NCBI GenBank assembly: GCA_963820525.1
Contig: CAWGAA010000001.1
Coordinates: 1,664,001 to 1,728,000, forward strand
Reading direction: 5' to 3'
From: an uncultured Spirochaetota bacterium
GTDB taxonomy: Bacteria; Spirochaetota; Spirochaetia; SZUA-6; Fen-1364
DNA: 64,000 bases
Shown here one piece after another: positions 47,196 to 56,719 of this stretch. The stretch's first letter is position 1. Every line of letters starts with the position of its first letter. The position numbers and the translations under genes were made by a program. Below the pieces are notes generated by a model, which was not told the origin of the DNA, did not search any database, and saw nothing but the letters and a program-made list of their open reading frames with translations.

Positions 47196-48272
47196 ATGGG
47201 CTTTTTCGGCTGGTTCTCGCTTCTGGCCGCCGCTGCTTTTTTTTCGCTCTTCTCCGGCAGGACCCTGTTCCTCGCCGCAAAGGGAATCCCGGCTTTCACC
47301 CTGGGGAAGGGCAAGCGCGGCGTGCGGGTTTTCATCGAGCTCGGCGGGGGGGCTCTCTTCTGGCTCATCCTGGCCTTCTCCATAAGCCAGGCCTTTCATC
47401 CGGCGTTTCTCCCGGGAGTGCTCGACCGGCCCCTCTTTGCCTCTGTACCCGCGCAGGTTGCGGGTACCGTCCTGGCAGCAGCAGGCCTCGCGCTTTTTGC
47501 GGCAGCTCTCGCGTCTTTCGGAGAATCGTGGAGAATCGGCATCGACAAAGAGAACCCGGGAAGCCTGGTCACGGGCGGCGTATTCGGCCTGACCCGAAAC
47601 CCCGTTTTCCTGTCCATGGACCTGTTCTTCCTCGGGATGTCGCTCATCCATCCGACATGGCCGATCATGACCCTGACCGCGGTGTTTGTCATCGGTGTGC
47701 ACTTCCACATCCTCGAGGAGGAGCGGTTCCTCGCCACGCATTACGGGAAGGCCTACCGCGAGTATAGCCGGCGGGTCTCGCGGTACATGCCGACGGGATT
47801 CAGCGGCACGGCGGCCGAGATAAAGACCCGGATCCATGTGCCCGGGCTTCGGGGCATGAAGGTCACTGATTTTCTCTTGAACCCGACGGACGAGCGCTAT
47901 CGGCAGTGGTGGCCGGGTATGCACCTTGAGTTCCATATCCTGAAGCCTTCTCCAGACCATGTCGGAGACGTCGTCTGGATGGATGAGCTCGTAGGCAAGC
48001 GCAGGCTGCGGATGAAGGGGATCGTAGAAGAGGCGATCCCGGGCAGGCGAATCGTCTGGCGGATGAAGAAGCTCCTCAGGCTGCCCGTGCTGCTCGCCCT
48101 GGACCTGGAGGATGATGCGCACGGGGTGAAACTCACCCATGCGCTCAGCGCCGGATCGTGGGGAATCGGGAGGGTGCTCAATCCCTTCATCCGGGCTTTC
48201 TTCTCGAAAAATTTCGCGAAAGCCATGGACGAACATGCGAAGATTGAATTCCACAAGCTGAAGCATCTCTGA
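47196..48272 (+). CDS. ICMT/PEMT-family membrane methyltransferase-like protein fused to an SRPBCC-like domain
   Basis: SWRIGID...LVTGGVF..TRNPVF...EEERFL...YG..Y.EY...V.RY, then a soluble domain of about 160 aa (YRQWWPG.H). Confidence 0.75.
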   Translation: MGFFGWFSLLAAAAFFSLFSGRTLFLAAKGIPAFTLGKGKRGVRVFIELGGGALFWLILAFSISQAFHPAFLPGVLDRPLFASVPAQVAGTVLAAAGLALFAAALASFGESWRIGIDKENPGSLVTGGVFGLTRNPVFLSMDLFFLGMSLIHPTWPIMTLTAVFVIGVHFHILEEERFLATHYGKAYREYSRRVSRYMPTGFSGTAAEIKTRIHVPGLRGMKVTDFLLNPTDERYRQWWPGMHLEFHILKPSPDHVGDVVWMDELVGKRRLRMKGIVEEAIPGRRIVWRMKKLLRLPVLLALDLEDDAHGVKLTHALSAGSWGIGRVLNPFIRAFFSKNFAKAMDEHAKIEFHKLKHL

Positions 48273-48385
48273 AAGCCGCCCCTTGGAGCGGCCCGGAGGG
48301 GCTGATAACCCCGTCCACCTCCAGGGCGTCGAGGCGAGCGGCCCCGGATCAAGGCGGCGACCGCGGCGGCCCGGTGCCCGCTTGC

Positions 48386-49426
48386 TCAGCGTATCTCCGT
48401 TCCGTCGGGAAGGGGCGAGCCGAAGTCCGGGGTCCCGTCCGTCCGCCACGCAAACGGCTGGACCCGCGTGTGCCGGTTCGGGTCCAGGATCGCCGGGTCG
48501 CTCACCCAGTCACTGGAGCGCGCATGATAGACGAGGTAGTCAATAGTCCCATCCGCAGAGGTCGTGAAGCTATTGTGTCCCGGTCCCCAGATTCCCACGG
48601 TTGGGTCACTGTTAAAAACCGGTGCTTCGCTCTTGGTCCAGGAGGAAGGATCGAGGAGATTCGAAAGGGTGGAGGCCGTCAGCATTCCCATGCAATAGCT
48701 CGCATCGACGTAGTTGGCGGAGTACGTAAGGAAGACCCGGCCGTTGCGCTGAAGGACTGCCGGGCCCTCATTGGTATGCCGTTTCCTCAATTCCCATTCA
48801 CGGTCAGCCGTCGATATCCTCACCTGAGCGCCCGTGATGGTCCAGGGGTTGGACATGGGCGCGATGTAGAGATCGAGCGGACCGCTCATGTCCCGGGTTT
48901 CCCGCTGCGCCCAGACAAGGTACCTGACACCCGCGCAGGAAAACGTCGTCGCGTCCAGAGTGATGGTGTCCCAGTTCGTGCGGATGCGGCCCTTCTCCGT
49001 CCAGGCGCCCATCAGCGGGTCCGCAGAGCGGTTCTCCAGCACGTACGGACGCACGTCATAGGGCGCAGAAGTTGAGCCCGCCGCGAAATACAGGTACCAG
49101 ACGCCGTCGATGAAGTGAAGCTCGGGCGCCCAAATGTTGGCGGCCATCTCTCCGAGGGGATGCTTTTTCCAGACCGTGACCGGCCGCGCGGATGCGAGTC
49201 CTGCTATCGTGGCGCTCTTTCGAAGCTCGATCCTGTCGTATTCAGGCACCGTGGAGCTGAAATAGTAAAAACCGTCCGAATGCCGGTATATCCAGGGGTC
49301 CGCATGGCGCGGCAGCAGGGGATTGACGAAGGATACGTTGGGCTGCGCTGCCAGCCGGACGTCCGGGATGCCGAAGAAACAGATCGCCAAAGATACGAAG
49401 AGAACAGCCCGCAATTTCAGTTGCAT
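48386..49426 (-). CDS. Secreted GH43 alpha-L-arabinofuranosidase-like enzyme
   Basis: ADPWI, IWAPELH, LDATTF, NEGP and GPGHNSF, with signal peptide and AAGGAG RBS. Confidence 0.93.
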   Translation of the reverse strand: MQLKLRAVLFVSLAICFFGIPDVRLAAQPNVSFVNPLLPRHADPWIYRHSDGFYYFSSTVPEYDRIELRKSATIAGLASARPVTVWKKHPLGEMAANIWAPELHFIDGVWYLYFAAGSTSAPYDVRPYVLENRSADPLMGAWTEKGRIRTNWDTITLDATTFSCAGVRYLVWAQRETRDMSGPLDLYIAPMSNPWTITGAQVRISTADREWELRKRHTNEGPAVLQRNGRVFLTYSANYVDASYCMGMLTASTLSNLLDPSSWTKSEAPVFNSDPTVGIWGPGHNSFTTSADGTIDYLVYHARSSDWVSDPAILDPNRHTRVQPFAWRTDGTPDFGSPLPDGTEIR

Positions 49427-49636
49427 TTGACGTCTCCTTGCACGCCGCGCTTGAAAAAAACAGGCCGCGGCAAAGCGTGGTTTTTCGATTGTAACCGCCT
49501 CAAGGATAGGAGTCTTTGGCGGAAACGGCTTTTTTTTGCACAAATCGAACCTGTTGAATGGGGTGCGACGCCGCATATCACGGCCGATCTCGGCCTGGAT
49601 CGCGCCCGGCCAAGCCGAACGGAGGCCCGCGCCGCT

Positions 49637-51034
49637 TTACCGTGGAATGGCTGCGATGAAACGCGAGCCTTTGCCCGCCTCGCTCTCGGCGCGGATTGTT
49701 CCCCCGTGAGCCTCGACTATCGCCTTCGCGATTGCAAGCCCGATGCCCGAGCCTCCCGTCGAGCGGGTGCGTGAAGAGTCGGCCCTGTAGAACCTCTCGA
49801 AGACGAGGGGAAGGTCTTCCGGGGAGATCCCGCAGCCGGTATCAGACACTGTGATCCGGGCCGTTTGCGGGGCTTCATCAACGCCAACCTCAACCGATCC
49901 TCCCGACGGGGTGAACTTCAGCGCGTTGGAAAGGAGATTGATTACTGCCTGGCTTATCTTGTCGGCGTCGATGGAGGAGGCAGCCGCGGGACCGCTGCGG
50001 GAGAGGCTCATCCGCAACTCCACACCTTTTGATCTGAATTGCGGCTGGTGGTTTTCCACGATACGCTCAACAAGCCGCGGGAGATCGACGCCGCGTCTTT
50101 CCAGCGTCAGCGAGTCGCTCTCGTAGCGGGCCAGGTTCTCCACGTCCACCACCATCCGGTTTATCCTGAGGATCTCCTCGTAGAGGCCCTGGAGGCGCCG
50201 CTCGTCGGGGGCCCAAACCCCGTCGATCAGGGCCTCGAGGTGGCTCTGGAGGGTGGCGAGCGGAGTGCGAAGCTCATGGGCCATGTCCGCGGTAAGCCTC
50301 TTTCGAAGCGTTTCCTGAGTCTTCAAGGCGCGTGAGAGATCGTTCACGGCCGCTGCGATTTCGTCGATCTCGCGCAGGCGCGATTTCCTGGGAAGGAGAA
50401 CATCGAGGTTTCCCCCGGCGATCTGCTGAGTGGCGGCCACCACTTGGGCCAGAGGGGCGCTGATCCCCCGCGCCATGAGGAGACCCACTCCCACGGCGAG
50501 CCCCAGGGCGATGAGCATGACCCGCATGAGGAGCCTGTTGAGGGTATTGATGAAGGCGAGCTCTTCGTCGTTGAGGAAGAAGGGCCCGTAGTAGCCGATC
50601 GAGACGCTGCCCACCTCCTGGAAGTTGCTCAGGAGGGGATAGCGGTTCTCCGTGAAAGCCCCCTTCCAGTTGGGGTATCGGCTGGCCATGTTGGCGGCGA
50701 TATGGGAGAGCATCTCCTGGCAGAGGCCGTTGTTGTGCTGCGTGGCGTCCCACACGACGCGGCCCGACGGATCGGAGACCCGAACGATGACCCCTTCCCC
50801 CAGGACGTTCAGCCCGATCGCCGCCACCCCTTCCTCGTCCCAGGTGCCGTCGGACCGCAGCTGCTCGCTCATGAGCTGTGCGATCCGCCGATGCCGGGTC
50901 TCCTGCACTTCCCGCACGTATCTGCGGAACCGGTCTTCCAGGACGCCGTTTGCCAGGGCGCTCACCAGGAGAACGCACAGAAACGCCACGAACACGTAGG
51001 AGAGGGTAAGTCTGGTGCGCAGGCTGGTGCTCAC
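49637..51034 (-). CDS. Sensor histidine kinase (BaeS/CopS-like)
   Basis: Two TM helices, HAMP, AHELRTP, NLLSNALKFT, DTGCGI and GSGIGL. The periplasmic loop has His/Cys/Met residues (HNNGLCQEMLSH). Confidence 0.94.
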   Translation of the reverse strand: MSTSLRTRLTLSYVFVAFLCVLLVSALANGVLEDRFRRYVREVQETRHRRIAQLMSEQLRSDGTWDEEGVAAIGLNVLGEGVIVRVSDPSGRVVWDATQHNNGLCQEMLSHIAANMASRYPNWKGAFTENRYPLLSNFQEVGSVSIGYYGPFFLNDEELAFINTLNRLLMRVMLIALGLAVGVGLLMARGISAPLAQVVAATQQIAGGNLDVLLPRKSRLREIDEIAAAVNDLSRALKTQETLRKRLTADMAHELRTPLATLQSHLEALIDGVWAPDERRLQGLYEEILRINRMVVDVENLARYESDSLTLERRGVDLPRLVERIVENHQPQFRSKGVELRMSLSRSGPAAASSIDADKISQAVINLLSNALKFTPSGGSVEVGVDEAPQTARITVSDTGCGISPEDLPLVFERFYRADSSRTRSTGGSGIGLAIAKAIVEAHGGTIRAESEAGKGSRFIAAIPR

Positions 51035-51038
51035 GGTG

Positions 51039-51746
51039 CTACTCTCCGTGAAAGCGATAGCCGATGCCGTGGACCGTCATGATGAAGCGGGGGTTTCGAG
51101 GATCCGCCTCGATCTTCTGCCGGAGGTTCTTCACGTGGGCGTCTATCGTCCTGTCGAATCCGTCGAAATCGCTTCCCAGGGCGAGGCTGATGAGCTGGTC
51201 CCGTGTGAGGACCCTGCCGGGGTTCGCGGCGAGGGCGCAGAGGATGCGATACTCGCTGGGGGTCAGACTAACAGCCTCCCCGCGACTCTTTACCTCCTGC
51301 CGCTGGGTGTCGATGCACAGCTCCTCGAAGCAGTAGGTGAGCTCGCGCGCCAGAGCGCCGGAGTCACCCGATGCGCGCCGCAGCACGGCCTCCACCCTCG
51401 CCATGAGCTGGCGCGGGCTGAAGGGCTTGGTTACGTAGTCGTCCGCCCCCAATTCCAGGCCCTTCACGGCGTCTTGGTCTTCCACCTTGGCGGTAAGCAT
51501 GATAATGGGGATGCGCGAGCGGGCCCGAAGCCTCCTGCACACTTCCTCCCCGGATATGTCGGGGAGCATCAGGTCGAGGATGACCAGGCAGGGCTGCTCC
51601 TTCTCGAAGAGCTCCAGGGCGCGGATTCCGTTTTCAGCGGCCAGCGGGACAAAGCCATCCCTCTCGAGGTAGGAACCGACCACCTCCGCGATCTTCGGCT
51701 CGTCGTCGACGACAAGGACTTTCCGGATCAGTCTTTCCTTGCTCAC
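51039..51746 (-). CDS. OmpR-family response regulator (CopR-like)
   Basis: VVDDE, LDLMLP, GADDYVTKPF and RTIDAHVKNLRQK. Confidence 0.95.
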   Translation of the reverse strand: MSKERLIRKVLVVDDEPKIAEVVGSYLERDGFVPLAAENGIRALELFEKEQPCLVILDLMLPDISGEEVCRRLRARSRIPIIMLTAKVEDQDAVKGLELGADDYVTKPFSPRQLMARVEAVLRRASGDSGALARELTYCFEELCIDTQRQEVKSRGEAVSLTPSEYRILCALAANPGRVLTRDQLISLALGSDFDGFDRTIDAHVKNLRQKIEADPRNPRFIMTVHGIGYRFHGE

Positions 51747-51955
51747 TTCACGGTGTAGCCCTGATCCTCAATCGCCGCCTTGATGGAATCCAGGCTGACA
51801 AACCCCGGATCGAAATCAACGGTGACGAGCTTGTCGGCGAGGCTCACCTCTACCCCGCCAACCCCCGCCAGGCCGCCCACGGCGCTTTTTACGGCATGCA
51901 CACAGTGCTGGCAGGACATTCCTTCAACATTGAGAGCCTGCTTTTGCTTGCTCAT
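51743..51955 (-). CDS. copZ: Copper chaperone CopZ
   Basis: VEGMSCQHC...IEDQGY, 70 aa. Confidence 0.92.
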   Translation of the reverse strand: MSKQKQALNVEGMSCQHCVHAVKSAVGGLAGVGGVEVSLADKLVTVDFDPGFVSLDSIKAAIEDQGYTVK

Positions 51956-52016
51956 GAGAACTCCTCTTTGCGAATATGCCATCAAACCCTATGGCGGTCC
52001 AGAGCGATGTGCCCGT

Positions 52017-52137
52017 GGCGCCCGCGCCCGACCCGGCCCACGGTCGGATGCGACCCGGCCCAGTCGGCGCCCGCGCCCGACCCGGCCCACGGTCGGATGC
52101 GACCCGGCCCAGTCGGTGCCCGCGCCCGACCCGGCCC
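52017..52137. repeat. Intergenic 49-bp tandem repeat, about 2.4 copies, containing five CGACCCGGCCC sub-repeats
   Basis: Unit GCCCGCGCCCGACCCGGCCCACGGTCGGATGCGACCCGGCCCAGTCGG(C/T) starts at 52020, 52069 and 52118. Confidence 0.9.
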
Positions 52138-52185
52138 GCAGCGCTCAGGCGCAACGCGGCCTCTGGCCCGGCAAAAAGCCGCCCT

Positions 52186-54276
52186 TCAGTTGCCGCAGCA
52201 GCCGCCCCCGCCCCGGGAAGCCGGCTTATACGCGGCAACCGTTTTTCTCACCTCACCAAGGTCCACCTTCGTGATATCGTCCACCACCTTCACATAGCCG
52301 TGGAGCATGCCCATCCCGCATTGAAATGTGAAGTCCTGGCTGATTTCGAGGTACGGGGTGGCACGCCTCCCCCCGGCCAGGCTGAGCTGGCCCTGGTACT
52401 CCGGAAACACCACCGTGGAGTTGCACCCGGAGAGCTTCTCCGGCACGAACCTGATCTTCGCCTTCAGCCCGCGCTGCAGGACGAGAACGGCGGGGGTATA
52501 GCCGGCGTCGTTCACGCGGACATCCACCACCTGGCCTTCCTCATCGCGCTGCGCAATGCCGATGGCATCCGTGGGGACCTTGCCGCCTGCGAACGCAGGA
52601 GGCGTCACTCCGCAGCAGCCTCCTGCCAGACCGCCTGAGCCGGTCCCGCCCGGGAACGCCGAGGCGATGCTTCCCTGGCCCGGCTGCTTCGGGTCAGCTG
52701 TCGAGGCTTTCGAGAGATCCGACACGACCGAAATAGTGCTTGAGATCATTCCCATCCAGCAGGTGTAGGTGATGGTTCCCTCCCGCTCGGGGGTGAACTC
52801 GATCAGGTTGTCTCCCGGCACCAGCTGCTTTCGGATTCCATACTGGGGAACTGTGAGGGGATTGTTGCATCCGTTCAGGTCTTCGGCCTTTGCCGTCACG
52901 GTCCAGCGGACGGGGATGCCCTTCTGTACAACCAGAGGGTAGTACCTGCCCGAATCCAACCGGGTAGAAACATTCTGAACGCCATTGCGTATGCTGGCCA
53001 CGGAGACGGAAGAGGAGCCGGCGCGGCCCGGGATGGTCACCCCGACGCCGAAGAGGTTCATTCCGCGCGTGAACATCACAAGGCCGAGCACCGCCACCAG
53101 GACCCCGCTCGCCTTGAGCATTCCCCGATTGAACCGGGCGGAGAGGAAGCTGCTCACGGCGCCGAACCCGAACATCAGCGGAACGGTGCCGAGGCTGAAG
53201 AGGAACATGGAGAGGGCGCCGGCGAGCATGCTCCCCGTGCCCAGGGCATAGACCTGCATCGTCTGCAGGGGTCCGCAGGGCATCAGGCCGTTGGCCAGGC
53301 CGACGAAGAAGGGGCTTCGGCTCGAGCGCGTCCGGTGCAGAGCGACGGAGGCTGACTGCGGCTCTTTGCGCATAGCGCATGAAGCCCCTCCTGGATCGCC
53401 GTCCGCCGCTCCATGACCGGTGGCCGCGCCGGGTCTTCCGCCCCATGGCAGCCGCACGCGCAGCCGTGAAAGCCAGGGAAAAACTCCCAGCATCCGAACG
53501 CCAAGGAACAGCATGAACGCGCCGGCTGCAATCGGCATCACGCCCTTGAGCCGAGAGGAGAGACTGAAAACAGAGCCCAGGGCGCCGGCCGCCGCGCCGA
53601 CGATGGTGTAGGAAATGACACGTCCCCCATTGTAGAGGATGCTGGGGAAGAATCTCGAGGTCCGGAAAATGGCCGCGGGGGCCGCCTGCGAACCTTGGGG
53701 AGGAAGGCCGGACGTTGCGCCTGGCGAGGCCGCGCCTTCCTCCCGAGCGATTGTCTGTGAAAGGTTTATTCCTCCGCACATCGCGATGCAGTGAAGCGAC
53801 GTGAGAAGGCCGACAAGCAGGATGAGCCCGTATCCCATGGATTGGCTTACGGATGGAACAAAGGAGAATCCGACCGTATAGCGGATGATGAAATACAGGG
53901 CGGCAATTATCGCCAGAAGACCGAGGACCTGGGTGATGCTCATTTTCCCCGATCGGCCCCGAGGTTCTTTTGCGGCCGCATCCGGTTTTGCCGCTGCCGG
54001 GCCCTTCACGCGCGAAGCCGGCTGGCCTTCCGGTGCGATCGCCGTATCCGCGTAAGGCTCCCGTACCGAGTAACCGACGCCCCGAATGGCGTCATGGATG
54101 CGCTCCAGGGAGATCAGTCGCGGGTCAAAGGAAACGATGACCTCGGCCAGGGGCGCGCTGGCCCTTGCCTTCCCGACTCCCGTCATGCGCTCCAGCGCGG
54201 ACTCGATCCTCCTTTCGCAGCTCGAGCAGCTCATCCCATCCACGGCAATCTTGGCTGTTTCCAGCATCCCAGACAT
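52186..54276 (-). CDS. Multidomain HMA + DsbD_2/TauE-like + two cupredoxin-like domain membrane protein
   Basis: GMSCSSC, HCIAMCG and MPCGPLQ, GCN...YTCWMGMI, GCN...FQCGMGML, and GGCC motifs. Confidence 0.88.
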   Translation of the reverse strand: MSGMLETAKIAVDGMSCSSCERRIESALERMTGVGKARASAPLAEVIVSFDPRLISLERIHDAIRGVGYSVREPYADTAIAPEGQPASRVKGPAAAKPDAAAKEPRGRSGKMSITQVLGLLAIIAALYFIIRYTVGFSFVPSVSQSMGYGLILLVGLLTSLHCIAMCGGINLSQTIAREEGAASPGATSGLPPQGSQAAPAAIFRTSRFFPSILYNGGRVISYTIVGAAAGALGSVFSLSSRLKGVMPIAAGAFMLFLGVRMLGVFPWLSRLRVRLPWGGRPGAATGHGAADGDPGGASCAMRKEPQSASVALHRTRSSRSPFFVGLANGLMPCGPLQTMQVYALGTGSMLAGALSMFLFSLGTVPLMFGFGAVSSFLSARFNRGMLKASGVLVAVLGLVMFTRGMNLFGVGVTIPGRAGSSSVSVASIRNGVQNVSTRLDSGRYYPLVVQKGIPVRWTVTAKAEDLNGCNNPLTVPQYGIRKQLVPGDNLIEFTPEREGTITYTCWMGMISSTISVVSDLSKASTADPKQPGQGSIASAFPGGTGSGGLAGGCCGVTPPAFAGGKVPTDAIGIAQRDEEGQVVDVRVNDAGYTPAVLVLQRGLKAKIRFVPEKLSGCNSTVVFPEYQGQLSLAGGRRATPYLEISQDFTFQCGMGMLHGYVKVVDDITKVDLGEVRKTVAAYKPASRGGGGCCGN

Positions 54277-54309
54277 GAAGCCTCCCTCCGATATTTGCGT
54301 GAGGACGGC

Positions 54310-54795
54310 TCACAGAGTACCTCCAGCCCATGAAGAAAGTGTGAAGAAAGACCTTTTTACATGCACCGAAAGCCAATCCCGCGCGGAGGGCGGCTCAAGG
54401 TTCCGCCTGATATCGATCCTGAGAACGAGAGCGGCAGCGAGCACGGTTGCCGCTGCCTGCGGGAGGATTATCTCGAGGGTAGCGGGAAGATCGCCTTGCG
54501 CCGCTTTCACGAAGATCTCAACCGAGGCATAGAGGGCAAACCCTGCCACGAACTGGGAAGCGACATATCCATATCTTCGGAGCCTCCACAGTCCCACGGA
54601 CGCCAAGATGCAGGCAGGGGCATTTACGAAGATGTCGGCAACGGGGAAGCTCAAGTCCGCGCCTTTGGGGAACGACAGGATGAAGCCTTGACCCCAGAGG
54701 AAGAGCGAGCCGAAGAGGGCGAAAAAACCGAAAAGAAAGAGAATGATCGAGAGAACCCTGACATGAAGTGGTGCTTTTATCCGCGAGTTCGCCAT
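54310..54795 (-). CDS. Hypothetical membrane protein (about 4 TM)
   Basis: GGAGG RBS and hydrophobic helices. Confidence 0.7.
   Translation of the reverse strand: MANSRIKAPLHVRVLSIILFLFGFFALFGSLFLWGQGFILSFPKGADLSFPVADIFVNAPACILASVGLWRLRRYGYVASQFVAGFALYASVEIFVKAAQGDLPATLEIILPQAAATVLAAALVLRIDIRRNLEPPSARDWLSVHVKRSFFTLSSWAGGTL
54331..54350 (-). promoter_or_regulatory. Candidate CopR-type direct-repeat box
   Basis: TGAAGAAAG repeated with an 11-bp period, 55 bp upstream of the operon that encodes the response regulator. Confidence 0.65.
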
Positions 54796-54805
54796 GATGC
54801 CCTCC

Positions 54806-55174
54806 TCAATCTCCCGTGGGATTCACCGTCGCGCCTTCGATCATCAACAGGACCGTACGCTCAGGCGCCCGGGTGCGGTGCCTGACGCCCCTCGGCACGG
54901 TGATGCCTTGCTGGGGGGCAAGCTCCACGGTCCGGCCTTCGAGATCCACGAACAGACGGCCTTCCACGACAAAGAAGAACTCATCCTCCCTGTCATGCTT
55001 GTGCCAGTGAAAATCTCCCTTGATGACTCCGAGACGCACAACACAGTCGTTCACCCTGCTCAACGACTGGTTGTACCAGGGCTGCCGGGACTCTTGAAGG
55101 TTGCGCACGTCGATCAGCTCTAATGGACCGAACATCGGATCGTTATTGATCGAGTATTTCTGTTCTTGAGCCAT
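54806..55174 (-). CDS. Cupin domain protein
   Basis: GDFHWHKHDREDEFF and VPRGVRHR. Confidence 0.92.
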   Translation of the reverse strand: MAQEQKYSINNDPMFGPLELIDVRNLQESRQPWYNQSLSRVNDCVVRLGVIKGDFHWHKHDREDEFFFVVEGRLFVDLEGRTVELAPQQGITVPRGVRHRTRAPERTVLLMIEGATVNPTGD

Positions 55175-55243
55175 CTGTCACCCCCTAGAATAATAGAGAG
55201 AATAACACCCTGCCCAATCGTTGAACAAGCATTGCCCGGGTCG

Positions 55244-55261
55244 TCTTCATAGAATCTTCAC
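55244..55261 (+). promoter_or_regulatory. Second candidate CopR-type box
   Basis: TCTTCA-N5-TCTTCA (11-bp period), in the same orientation relative to its gene as the 54331 site. Confidence 0.6.
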
Positions 55262-55283
55262 GACGTTGTGCAAGGTTTCTGGA

Positions 55284-55745
55284 ATGAAAAGCTGGAAGAC
55301 ATTCGCAATCGCCTTTGCTTTATCGGGGCTGATCTCGGTACAAGCCTCATTCGCGGGCGGCGCCTCACTCACACCCGCCGGAGATCTCAAGATCTCCAAG
55401 GCCGAGATCACCGCCAAGGCGAAGTTCTACTCTTTTAAGTCGGGAAAAATCACCATGGAAGTCCTCGCGCTCCGCGCTCCTGACGGAACCGTCCGAACGG
55501 CGTTCAACACGTGCCAGGTCTGCTATTCCTCGGGGAGGGGCTACTATGTCCAGGAGGGGGATGTGCTGGTCTGCCAAAACTGCGGAAACCGCTTCAAGGC
55601 AAGCCAGGTGGAGCTGATCAAGGGAGGCTGCAATCCCGTCCCCATCACCAAGGATCTGAAGACTGAGGACGCAAACTCCATCGTGATTTCCAAGGACCTG
55701 ATGGAAAAGGCGGCGTTTCTCTTCGCCAATTGGAAGAAGAGGTAG
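55284..55745 (+). CDS. DUF2318 (FtrD-like Cys-rich) exported protein
   Basis: Signal peptide and AFNTCQVC...GYYVQEG...CQNCG.RF...GGCNPVP. Confidence 0.85.
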   Translation: MKSWKTFAIAFALSGLISVQASFAGGASLTPAGDLKISKAEITAKAKFYSFKSGKITMEVLALRAPDGTVRTAFNTCQVCYSSGRGYYVQEGDVLVCQNCGNRFKASQVELIKGGCNPVPITKDLKTEDANSIVISKDLMEKAAFLFANWKKR

Positions 55746-55814
55746 CGGCGGAGGTCCCCGCGGCGGGACGCGAGATGCGTAACCTCAAAGGCCTACGCGG
55801 CGAGCCGACCCGCC

Positions 55815-56719
55815 TCATGACATCTCGAGCATCCGGTTTATCGCTCCAAGCGCTCTTTTTCTGAGGGACTCATCCACGCGCACCGCATGGTCCTCGCGCT
55901 CCAGCACGTCGAGGAGCTTCCGCGGCGTCGCCTTCTTCATGTTGGGGCATACGGCGAGCTTCGTCACGGGGGAGAAGGTCTTGCCGGGATTGTCGTTGCC
56001 GAGGCGATAGAGTAGCCCGTTCTCCGAGGCGACGATGAACTCCCTAGCCTTGGACTCGGCGGCATAGGACTGGATCTGCCCCGTGGAGCCGATGAAGTCG
56101 GCGAACGCCAGAACGTCGGGGGTGCACTCGGGGTGCGCCAGGACCAGGGCTTCGGGATGCGCGGCCTTGGCCTCGCTCACCTGTTCCGCGATCATCCTGT
56201 GATGGGTGGGGCAGTATCCCGGCCAGAGGATGAGCTCCTTCTCCGGGCCTGGGACCCCACGTACGCGCCCAGCGAGCGGTCCGGGATGAAGATGATCTTC
56301 CCCGCGGGAAGGCGGCGGACGATCTTCACGGCGTTTGAAGAGGTGACGCACACGTCGGACTCGGCCTTTACTTCCACCGTGGAGTTCACGTAGCAGACAA
56401 CCATGGCGCCCGGATGCTCGGCGCGAAGGGCGCGGACATCGGCTGCGCTCACCATGGAGGCCATTGGGCAGCCGGCATCCGGGTCAGGTACAAGAACTTT
56501 CTTGCGCGGAGAAAGGATCGCTGCTGTCTCAGCCATGAAACGCACGCCGCAGAACACGATGATGCGGCAGCCTGAGCCGAGCGCCGCCGCCTTCTGGCTC
56601 AGGCCGAGGGAGTCGCCCACGTAGTCCGCGATATCCTGCACAGCGGGAAGCGTGTAGACATGGGCGAGTATCACCGCCTGCTTCTCGCGGCGAAGCTCAT
56701 CGATTCGTTCATGGATCAC
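55815..56719 (-). pseudogene. nadA: Quinolinate synthase A, with a -1 frameshift near 56244-56248
   Basis: ILAH.Y, GDSL, FCGVRFMAE, GCPMA and YVNS lie in one frame, and CPTH, AHPEC, GST and CPNMK in another. The GTG start overlaps the iscS TGA. Confidence 0.9.

Noticed and set aside
49488..49504. LacI/cre-like site TGTAACCGCCTCAA upstream of the GH43 gene
   Set aside because: Only one good half-site, and no cognate regulator or second copy in the window.
52017..52137. Possible CRISPR array
   Set aside because: The 11-bp core is too short, the intervening sequences repeat rather than being unique spacers, and no cas genes are present.
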